A stretch of DNA of 64,000 bases from NCBI GenBank assembly GCA_947467315.1, contig CANIID010000001.1:579-64578 (forward strand), given 5' to 3'. Origin of the DNA: Betaproteobacteria bacterium (GTDB lineage: Bacteria > Pseudomonadota > Gammaproteobacteria > Burkholderiales > SG8-41). The number at the start of each line of letters is the position of its first letter. Within the stretch, counting starts at the first letter, position 1. The notes below the pieces were generated by a model, which was not told the origin of the DNA, ran no database searches, and saw only the letters and a program-made list of their open reading frames with translations. The translations under genes and the position numbers were made by a program. Of the stretch, positions 56,932 to 64,000 are shown in pieces.

Positions 56932-56991
56932 GCATGACTCCGGGTTGTTGCACGCGTACGCGGCGCGCGATTGTACGAATGTGCAAATGCA

Positions 56992-57023
56992 AAGGGCAGC
57001 CGGAGGTTACCCCGGCTGCCCTT
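56992..57023 (-). terminator. Hairpin downstream of rpmE
   Basis: 12-bp stem AAGGGCAGCCGG / CCGGCTGCCCTT with an 8-nt loop, 22 nt after the stop. The trailing sequence is only moderately U-rich. Confidence 0.5.
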
Positions 57024-57044
57024 GTAAACCTGCCAGCGAAAAAA

Positions 57045-57329
57045 CTACGCGGCGGCCTGCGGTTCAGCGGCGGCTGGAGCCGTGGTCGCAGCGGCAACAG
57101 CGGCCGGCGCGCCTTTAGTCGCGGGCGTGCGCGTGCCGTATTTCTGGTTGAAGCGCTCAACGCGACCGGCGGTATCGACGATCTTTTGCTTGCCGGTGTA
57201 GAACGGATGGCACGACGAGCAGACCTCGACATGCAGATCCTTACCCAGGGTCGAGCCGGTTTTCCACGTCGCGCCGCAACTGCACGCAACGCTCATCTCA
57301 TTGTATTCAGGGTGAATTTCGACTTTCAT
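57045..57329 (-). CDS. rpmE: 50S ribosomal protein L31 (Zn-ribbon type) with Ala/Pro-rich C-terminal tail
   Basis: IHPEY....CSCG.......[19 protein letters not shown]. Confidence 0.9.
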   Translation of the reverse strand: MKVEIHPEYNEMSVACSCGATWKTGSTLGKDLHVEVCSSCHPFYTGKQKIVDTAGRVERFNQKYGTRTPATKGAPAAVAAATTAPAAAEPQAAA

Positions 57330-57399
57330 GGCATTATCCTGCCGGGTTGTCCCGGAGCAAATAGTAGACTAAAAGGGTGCGGATTATCGACGATTTTGG

Positions 57400-57843
57400 C
57401 TATCGAAGCAAGGGTCTTTGACCCGGCGCCCAGTTCTCCAGCAGGGCACAACAGCGCTGGATCGCTTTTTCGCCCGTTTCGCGCGGTACCGGCCAAAAAT
57501 GGGATTGCCCGGAAAGCACATAAAGCGACACGAAATAGAGCTCCCCATGCCGGGTTTCGATGCTTAAGGTGCCGTTGTCGTAGGCCATTCCGGCCAGGGT
57601 GTGTTTTCCGGGCTCAAGGTTCACGCGAAAGTAGGTTCTCGGAAGCGTGGCGCCGATGAGTCTGCCGTCTATCCACAGTACGGTATCTGTTTCTGGGGTG
57701 TCCGTGGTCGGACGATAGACGTAAAGGGTTGAACTGCCGGGATGACTGGAAAATTGCTTGGCTTCGGAGTCGCGCTCACCCGTGGCCTGCGGCGTGGACG
57801 CGCAGCCCGCGAGCAGCATCAACAGGAGAAGATATCTAAAAAT
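57400..57843 (-). CDS. DUF2846-like lipoprotein, probable non-canonical start
   Basis: Lipobox LLAGC. The only canonical in-frame start (TTG 57822) leaves 4 residues before the Cys (5 if the next-codon ATG, 57819, is used). An in-frame ATT at 57843 follows AAGGCGG and would give MFRYLLLLMLLAGC. Confidence 0.55.
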   Translation of the reverse strand: MFRYLLLLMLLAGCASTPQATGERDSEAKQFSSHPGSSTLYVYRPTTDTPETDTVLWIDGRLIGATLPRTYFRVNLEPGKHTLAGMAYDNGTLSIETRHGELYFVSLYVLSGQSHFWPVPRETGEKAIQRCCALLENWAPGQRPLLR

Positions 57844-57930
57844 AGAACCGCCTTATTGCGGAGGCAATGTAGATATCCTAGACCAGATTCGCCTGCCGTG
57901 CCTGCACGGAGGGTGCGGTATATAAATTAA

Positions 57931-57949
57931 TTTAAAAACAAATACTTAC
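57931..57949 (+). repeat. AT-rich 19-nt boundary motif, copy 8 (TTTAAAAACAAATACTTAC)
   Basis: Lies between the rho stop and the lipoprotein gene start, followed by GGAGAA as in copy 6. Confidence 0.6.
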
Positions 57950-57980
57950 GGAGAACCTGGCGTGCGACGGCGGGTATGGC

Positions 57981-59240
57981 TTAGCCGCGCCGCATCGAAT
58001 CGAAAAAGTCCGCGTTGGTCTTGGTGTCGCGCACTTTGCTGAGCAGGAATTCCGTGGCTTCGAGTTCGTCCATCGGGTAGAGCAGCTTGCGCAGCACCCA
58101 GATTTTTTGCAGCACGTCTTTGGGGATCAGCAATTCTTCGCGGCGCGTGCCGGAGCGATTGACGTTGATGGCCGGGAAGATGCGTTTTTCGTACATACGC
58201 CGGTCAAGATGGATTTCCATGTTGCCGGTGCCTTTGAATTCCTCGTAGATCACGTCGTCCATGCGGCTGCCAGTGTCGATCAGTGCGGTGGCTAATATCG
58301 TCAGCGAGCCGCCCTCTTCGACGTTACGCGCGGCGCCGAAGAAGCGCTTGGGGCGTTGTAGCGCGTTGGCATCCACACCGCCGGTCAGTACTTTGCCCGA
58401 CGCGGGCACCACGGTGTTGTAGGCGCGAGCGAGACGCGTGATCGAGTCGAGCAAAATCACCACGTCTTTTTTGTGTTCGACCAGGCGCTTGGCTTTTTCG
58501 ATCACCATCTCGGCAACCTGCACATGGCGCGAGGCCGGTTCGTCGAAGGTGGAGGACAGCACTTCGCCCTTGACCGAACGCTGCATCTCGGTGACTTCTT
58601 CCGGGCGCTCATCAATCAGCAGCACGATCAGCACCACTTCGGGATGATTCGCGGTAATCGCGTGCGCGATGTGCTGCATCAGTACGGTCTTGCCGGCTTT
58701 CGGCGGCGACACAATCAAGCCGCGCTGGCCTTTGCCGATGGGCGCAATGATGTCGATGATGCGCCCGGTGATGTTTTCTTCGGCCTTGATTTCACGCTCG
58801 AGCTTCAGGTGCTCGGTCGGGTGATAGGGCGTCAGGTTTTCAAACAGAATTTTGTGCTTGCCGTTTTCGGGCGGTTCGCCGTTGACGTTGTCTACCTTGA
58901 CTAGCGCGAAGTAACGCTCGCCGTCTTTAGGGGTGCGAATTTCGCCGTCAATGGTGTCGCCGGTATGCAGATTGAAGCGGCGAATTTGTGAGGGCGAGAC
59001 GTAAATGTCGTCGGTGCCCGCGAGATACGAGGTATCGGGTGAGCGCAAAAAGCCGAAGCCGTCGGGCAACACTTCGAGGGTGCCGGCGCCGGAAATCGAT
59101 TCGCCTTTTTTCGCCTGGTTTTTCAGCAGCGCAAAAATGAGTTCTTGTTTGCGCAGGCGGTTGGCGCCCTCCACTTCGTTGGTGACGGCCATTTCGACCA
59201 GTTCACCGATGGGAAGATTTTTCAGATCGGATAAATGCAT
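57981..59240 (-). CDS. rho: Transcription termination factor Rho
   Basis: 419 aa. Recognisable throughout: FGFLR, PPKAGKT Walker [10 protein letters not shown], and RKLLYPMD near the C-terminus. Confidence 0.95.
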   Translation of the reverse strand: MHLSDLKNLPIGELVEMAVTNEVEGANRLRKQELIFALLKNQAKKGESISGAGTLEVLPDGFGFLRSPDTSYLAGTDDIYVSPSQIRRFNLHTGDTIDGEIRTPKDGERYFALVKVDNVNGEPPENGKHKILFENLTPYHPTEHLKLEREIKAEENITGRIIDIIAPIGKGQRGLIVSPPKAGKTVLMQHIAHAITANHPEVVLIVLLIDERPEEVTEMQRSVKGEVLSSTFDEPASRHVQVAEMVIEKAKRLVEHKKDVVILLDSITRLARAYNTVVPASGKVLTGGVDANALQRPKRFFGAARNVEEGGSLTILATALIDTGSRMDDVIYEEFKGTGNMEIHLDRRMYEKRIFPAINVNRSGTRREELLIPKDVLQKIWVLRKLLYPMDELEATEFLLSKVRDTKTNADFFDSMRRG

Positions 59241-59451
59241 GGAATTTGGGTACGGCTATTGAGTGTTACAAGGTGGAACGAAGGGAACGGGGAAAACCAA
59301 GGGTCGGGGAAGCAGAGCGGGTGGGAAGGAATCCTCACCCGCGCAAGAACCGCTGAAAATGGCGGGAAGCCAAGTTACAACAAGCGCGGTTCAAGCGCTG
59401 AGAGATAGGGTATAGCGATCAACTGGGGCTGTCAAATGTACCTATGGCCTG

Positions 59452-59778
59452 TCAGATGTGGCTGTCAATAAAAGCCTTGAGTTGCGATTTGGACAGGGCG
59501 CCGACCTTGGTGGCCTCAACGACGCCATTTTTGAAAATCATCAGCGTCGGGATGCCGCGCACGCCAAACTTGGACGGCGTGGCCTGGTTGTCGTCGATGT
59601 TGATTTTTGCCACTTTCAGTTTGCCGGCGTAATCCTTGGCAACCTCGTCCAAAATTGGCGCAATCATTTTGCAAGGGCCGCACCATTCGGCCCAGTAGTC
59701 CAGCAGCACCGGGGTGGTGGATTTAAGCACCTCGGCATCAAATGTGTCGTCCTTAACATGCTGAATATGCTCGCTCAT
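59452..59778 (-). CDS. trxA: Thioredoxin 1
   Basis: 108 aa with the WAEWCGPCK active site. Start at MSEHI. Confidence 0.92.
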   Translation of the reverse strand: MSEHIQHVKDDTFDAEVLKSTTPVLLDYWAEWCGPCKMIAPILDEVAKDYAGKLKVAKINIDDNQATPSKFGVRGIPTLMIFKNGVVEATKVGALSKSQLKAFIDSHI

Positions 59779-60039
59779 TGCTGAAAAACCTCTCGAAGAA
59801 AATAGGGGGAAGGTGGAATCCGGGCGCCCGCAAGGCGCGGCAACAGACGGGGTGGAAACCATGCTAACCAAAAACCTTGCGTTTGGAAAGCAAAGCACCT
59901 GCGCCGCCACTGTTCACAACCCGCTGGCAACCCGGCAACAAGCCGTAAGCACTTGTTTCTGTTAGAATATGGGCTCATTTGCCGATTTCAAGATCGCGTT
60001 TAATTTTGCTTTAATATCGCCAGAGGGCGAGGAAATCCC

Positions 60040-60363
60040 ATGACCTATGTAGTGACTGAAACCTGCATCAAGTGCAAGTACACCGATTGCGTGGACGTAT
60101 GCCCTGTGGACTGCTTCCGCGAAGGCCCCAACATGCTGGTGATCGATCCGGATGAGTGCATCGATTGCACCTTGTGCGTCGCCGAATGCCCGGTTGAAGC
60201 CATTTTCGCCGAAGACGATGTGCCGGACGACCAGAAATCGTACACGGCGCTGAATGCCGAACTCGCCAAAGTCTGGAAGCCCATCATCGAGAAAAAAGCC
60301 GCGCCGGCGGATGCGGATGAGTGGGCCAAAGAGAAAAAGAAAGCGCACTTGCTCGAGAAGTAA
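60040..60363 (+). CDS. fdxA: 7Fe ferredoxin (Azotobacter type)
   Basis: [18 protein letters not shown] and [12 protein letters not shown] cluster motifs. Confidence 0.9.
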   Translation: MTYVVTETCIKCKYTDCVDVCPVDCFREGPNMLVIDPDECIDCTLCVAECPVEAIFAEDDVPDDQKSYTALNAELAKVWKPIIEKKAAPADADEWAKEKKKAHLLEK

Positions 60364-60408
60364 ATTCACGCCGTGCCGTCCTTGCCGGTTCACCCGGGAG
60401 CAGCCCAA

Positions 60409-61581
60409 ATGAAAAATATCCTGCTGACAGCTCTGGTGGCGTTGCCCTTCGCGGCGTTCGCCCAACAAAAACCGCCCGTCGCACAGTACTGGATGAGCGT
60501 CGAAACCGCCTCCGGCATGAGCATGCCGGGCATGGGTGCCACGGGTGGCATGGCCGGCATGATCGGCGGCATGATGGGCGGCGGGCAGCAGCAAAGCGGT
60601 CGCAAGATCAGTCTGCATCTGGGCTCGCAGCGTCCGGCGGATGCGCCGAACGCTGCGCACGATATACCCGCCGGCATGAACATGGGGTCGTCGTTGCCGC
60701 TGCTCACGCCGCGTGGCACTTCTGAGCGTCAACCGACCGAACGCGAGCGGTATGAGAGCGCGGAGCGCCCCAAAGGCCGCATGCTGATTTATTGGGGTTG
60801 CGGCGAGGCTACCCGCGCCGGGCAGCCGGTAGTCATCGATTTCGCGCGTGGCGGACAAATGCCCAATATGGTCGGGCGCAACGTCGCCAGCGGCGGGCCG
60901 GTATCCAATCGCACCAACGGCCTGTGGCCCAATCAGCAGGACAGCAAAGCCGTGCCGGATTCCGCCTCGCTGATCGGCGAGCACAAAATACGCGGCAACT
61001 ACACGCCAGACATTCCGTTCGCGCTCGGCGCCGGGCACGATTTCATGGAGCGCGTTGAACTGGCGACTTCCGCGCGCGGCGCGGGCGCCACCTCGGTTCA
61101 GTGGAACGCGCCGTCCGCGGCCACCGGCTACTTCGCCACCGCGATGGGTGGCGACGGCAACGACGTGGTGATGTGGAGCTCCAGCGAGGTGCAGGAGATG
61201 GGCGGCAGTTTGATGGATTACATACCGCCCGCCGAAGTCGCGCGCCTGATCCGCGAAAAAGTGGTGATGCCGCCGCAAACCACCGAATGCACGGTGCCTG
61301 CCGCAGTCGTCAAGCAAGCGCAGATGTTCAGCTTTATCGCTTACGGTCCCGAAGCCAATTTTGGTTTTCCGCCGCGCCCGCAGGATCCGCAGTGGTATGC
61401 GAAAGTACGCTTCAAATCCACCGCATCGACCTTCCTCGGCGACACCGGCGGTTCCGGACGCGCGCAGCGCGCACCCGCAGGCGCGCCGTCCGGAGATCAG
61501 TCGGCACAGCCCAGCGCGCCCGCCGCACCCGATCCGGTAAAAGACGGCATCAACATCCTGCGCGGCATCTTCGGGCGCTAA
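60409..61581 (+). CDS. Secreted protein of unknown function with an N-terminal Met/Gly-rich tract
   Basis: GGGAG RBS and a signal peptide ending AFAQ. SGMSMPGMGATGGMAGMIGGMMGGG tract. No motif recognised. Confidence 0.6.
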   Translation: MKNILLTALVALPFAAFAQQKPPVAQYWMSVETASGMSMPGMGATGGMAGMIGGMMGGGQQQSGRKISLHLGSQRPADAPNAAHDIPAGMNMGSSLPLLTPRGTSERQPTERERYESAERPKGRMLIYWGCGEATRAGQPVVIDFARGGQMPNMVGRNVASGGPVSNRTNGLWPNQQDSKAVPDSASLIGEHKIRGNYTPDIPFALGAGHDFMERVELATSARGAGATSVQWNAPSAATGYFATAMGGDGNDVVMWSSSEVQEMGGSLMDYIPPAEVARLIREKVVMPPQTTECTVPAAVVKQAQMFSFIAYGPEANFGFPPRPQDPQWYAKVRFKSTASTFLGDTGGSGRAQRAPAGAPSGDQSAQPSAPAAPDPVKDGINILRGIFGR

Positions 61582-61664
61582 ACGCCGTGCCGTAGCGGCG
61601 GCTGCGGTAACATCACGGTGGCCTCGCATCCACGCAGGGCCCCGTCAGAAATCGCCGTAGGAAC

Positions 61665-64000
61665 ATGCCCGTCGCCGACCATCCCAGTGTAGTCACACCA
61701 CCGGCAGGAATCGCCGCGCTGCAAGCGGGCGCAACCCTCATCACGCCCAACCGGCGGCTCGCCCTGTCGCTTAAAAACGCCTATGACACCGCGCAAGCCG
61801 CGAGCGGCAAATCTGTCTGGCCCAGCGCCGACGCACTGCCGTATGGCGCGTTTTTAGAGCGCACCTGGCAGGAGTTGGCGTTGGCTGAAAACGGCGCGCT
61901 GTTGTTATCGGTTCAGCAGGAAATCGCGCTGTGGGAAACCGTCATCGAAGGTTCGCGCTACTCGGGCCTCTTGCTTAACGCCACTGCCGCCGCACGCGCC
62001 GCGCGCGAAGCGTGGATCACGCAACACGCTTTCGGCATGGATCATCCGCGTCATCGCGCGGCGTGGGAATCCCTGAATGACGATGCCGCCGCCTACGGCG
62101 AATGGCTGCGCGCCTATGGCGAGCGGCTGCGCAGCGCGGGCTGGATCGACAGCGCGCAGTTGCCGCACGTTATCATCGATGTACTCAAAACCGGCGCGCG
62201 AGCGAGAACCACGCACATCATTCGCGCGGGCTACGACGTGTATACGCCGCAGCAACAAGCGCTGTTCGAGGCGTTGGCGCAAAGTGGCTGCGTGATCGGC
62301 GATGCGTCCGATGACGCGCGCGTCCGCGTGCCCGGCGCGCTCAGTGTAGTGTCGCTTGCATGTGACGACGCCGAAGCGGATCTGCATCAGGTGGCGCAAC
62401 GCGTGCGCGCGCTGCTGGTCGCGCACGCCGATCGGCTGCCACGTTTGCGCATCGGCGTGGTGGTACCCGATCTCGCCGCACGGCGCACGGCGGTGATGCG
62501 TGTGTTTGATGATGTGCTTGAACCGCCGCGCGCGCTGGCGCCCAACACGCCGGCGCCGCGACTGTTCAATTGCTCGCTGGGATTGCCGATGACGAGCTAT
62601 CCTATTGTTTTTACAGCGTTTTTAATCTTGAGGCTGGCGGGCGGCGAAGCCACGCTGGAAGACGCAGGGGCCTTGCTGCGCAGTCCCTACCTCGGCGGCG
62701 CCGATGTCGAATTCGCCGCGCGCGCGCTGGTCGATGCGCAGTTGCGCGCGCGGGGCCGCAAGCGCGTTGTGCCGGGCGCATTGTGGCAGGCGGCGCAAGG
62801 GGAGCGCGCCGCCCACGCCCCGCGGTTAGCGGCGATGCTCGAACCGTGGATCGCGCAAGCGCGCGATGCACGCCGTTTGCGCCAACCGCCGTCGGCGTGG
62901 AGCGCCACGTTTTTGGCGCTGCTCAAGGGTTTGGGCTGGCCGGGCGAACGCACGCTCGATTCCGCCGAGTTTCAAACCTTTGAAAAATTTCGCGACGCGG
63001 TGTCGAGCTTGTCCGCGCTCGATCCGTTACGCCCGCGCTTGACGCAGCCCGAAGCGCTCAATGTGTTTCGCCGCATCGTCGCCGACACCGTGTTTCAGCC
63101 CGAGGCGAATGACGCGCCGGTGCAAATTCTCGGCACTCTGGAGTCGATCGGCTTGTCGTTCGACGCCTTGTTTGTGCTGGGCCTGTCCGGTGAAGCGTGG
63201 CCCGCCGCGCCGCGTCCGAATCCGTTTTTGCCGGCGGCGTTGCAGCGCGCGCTGAACGTGCCGCATGCCTCCGCCGAGTGGGAACTGCATTTCGCGCGCC
63301 GCATGACCGACGCGTGGCGCGGCGCCGCCGCCTCGGTAACCTTGACCTGGCCCCGGCGCGACGGCGAGCGTGAGTTGACCATGAGTCCGTTGCTGGATGC
63401 CGTGGCGGTGGCTACTGAACCACCGGTGGTGCCCGCGCTGTTGCGTGACGCGCTGTACGCCGCGCGGTGCTTTGAAACCCTGGAAGACTCGCGCGCCCCC
63501 ACGTTGCCCGCAGGCAGCAGCGTGCGCGGCGGCGCGCAAGTGTTTCAAAATCAGGCGGCGTGTGCGTTCCGGGCTTATGCCATTCACCGGCTGGGCGCGG
63601 CGACGCTGGATGACGGCGTAGACGGCCTCGATGCGCGCGAGCGCGGCACGCTGGTGCATCAGGCGCTATCGGTGCTGTGGCGCGATCTCGGTTCACACGC
63701 GAATCTGCTCGCGCTCGAAGCAGCCGCGCTGGAACAAAAAACCCAGGCCGCCGTGAACACCGCGGTCGATGCCTTGTGCCGCGAACGCCCCGACATTATG
63801 ACCGATGCCTACGCCGCGCTCGAACGCCGGCGGCTGACCGCGTTGTTGCTGCGCTTGGCCGCGCTGGAAAAATCCCGCGCGCCGTTCGAGGTGGTGGCGT
63901 GCGAGCAGCAACGCGCGCTGGAGGTCGCCGGCGTGCGGTTAAACGCACGGCTCGACCGCGTGGATCAGTTGGCGGACGGCAGCCACGTCATCCTCGATTA
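61665..64000 (+). CDS. AddB-like / PD-(D/E)XK-nuclease-family DNA repair protein, 3' end outside the window
   Basis: Frame is open from ATG 61665 to the window edge, and it is absent from the ORF track because it has no stop. The N-terminus LITPNRRLA and the overall Ala/Leu/Arg-rich helical pattern resemble the proteobacterial probable-DNA-repair family. Confidence 0.6.
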   Translation, partial: MPVADHPSVVTPPAGIAALQAGATLITPNRRLALSLKNAYDTAQAASGKSVWPSADALPYGAFLERTWQELALAENGALLLSVQQEIALWETVIEGSRYSGLLLNATAAARAAREAWITQHAFGMDHPRHRAAWESLNDDAAAYGEWLRAYGERLRSAGWIDSAQLPHVIIDVLKTGARARTTHIIRAGYDVYTPQQQALFEALAQSGCVIGDASDDARVRVPGALSVVSLACDDAEADLHQVAQRVRALLVAHADRLPRLRIGVVVPDLAARRTAVMRVFDDVLEPPRALAPNTPAPRLFNCSLGLPMTSYPIVFTAFLILRLAGGEATLEDAGALLRSPYLGGADVEFAARALVDAQLRARGRKRVVPGALWQAAQGERAAHAPRLAAMLEPWIAQARDARRLRQPPSAWSATFLALLKGLGWPGERTLDSAEFQTFEKFRDAVSSLSALDPLRPRLTQPEALNVFRRIVADTVFQPEANDAPVQILGTLESIGLSFDALFVLGLSGEAWPAAPRPNPFLPAALQRALNVPHASAEWELHFARRMTDAWRGAAASVTLTWPRRDGERELTMSPLLDAVAVATEPPVVPALLRDALYAARCFETLEDSRAPTLPAGSSVRGGAQVFQNQAACAFRAYAIHRLGAATLDDGVDGLDARERGTLVHQALSVLWRDLGSHANLLALEAAALEQKTQAAVNTAVDALCRERPDIMTDAYAALERRRLTALLLRLAALEKSRAPFEVVACEQQRALEVAGVRLNARLDRVDQLADGSHVILD

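Noticed and set aside
59427-59467. Three direct copies of GGC(C)TGTCA near the trxA stop
   Set aside because: The repeats are only 8-9 nt long with irregular spacing (19 and 14 nt). The third copy lies inside the trxA coding sequence. Chance recurrence cannot be excluded.
59962-61629. 555-aa ORF on the minus strand, the longest unexplained ORF in the track
   Set aside because: It is antisense to fdxA and to the well-supported secreted-protein gene. Its translation is Arg/His/Gly-rich low complexity with no motif and no RBS. This is typical of a shadow ORF in GC-rich DNA.
1-64000. Search for CRISPR arrays, tRNA/rRNA genes, transposases, integrases, phage or defence-system genes
   Set aside because: No array of regularly spaced repeats, no tRNA-like TPsiC or acceptor pattern, no rRNA-like stretch and no recombinase- or nuclease-type ORFs were seen, apart from the AddB-like repair gene. 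The scan was by eye only, so small RNAs could have been missed.

Overview
GC-rich (about 60%) chromosomal segment, probably from a betaproteobacterium (Burkholderiales-like). That assignment is an inference from gene content, synteny and the many Bug/TctC-family binding proteins. About 60 protein genes are supported. No rRNA, tRNA, CRISPR array, transposase or integrase was seen. Housekeeping genes: rho, trxA, fdxA, rpmE, pgi, orn, rsgA, fumC, maeB and a thiolase. Catabolic and transport genes: eight orphan Bug/TctC periplasmic binding proteins, TauD-type dioxygenase, FAH-family hydrolase, proline iminopeptidase, HpcH-type aldolase with a split HdrC/HdrB-like pair, tartrate dehydrogenase, and a cyanate/nitrate-type ABC transporter with cyanase. 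The most unusual locus is a tandem triplication of divergent PQQ-type dehydrogenases with an embedded monohaem cytochrome c (9.0-14.4 kb). Their active-site motifs differ from the textbook methanol/ethanol dehydrogenase family: no vicinal Cys-Cys, Asp where the metal-ligand Glu normally sits, and a lanthanide-type D-x-D. Other observations: (1) a conserved AT-rich 19-nt motif present nine times, always at gene boundaries; (2) two REP-like palindromic repeat families, one copy lying inside the signal-peptide coding region of a Bug gene; (3) a small low-GC islet with a ParE-type toxin-antitoxin pair and a decayed lipoprotein gene; (4) a secreted protein combining a carboxypeptidase-regulatory-like domain, a CxxCH haem site and a putative propeller; (5) a lipoprotein gene that seems to need a non-canonical start codon. 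All calls rest on reading the sequence and ORF translations by eye. No database search or alignment program was run.
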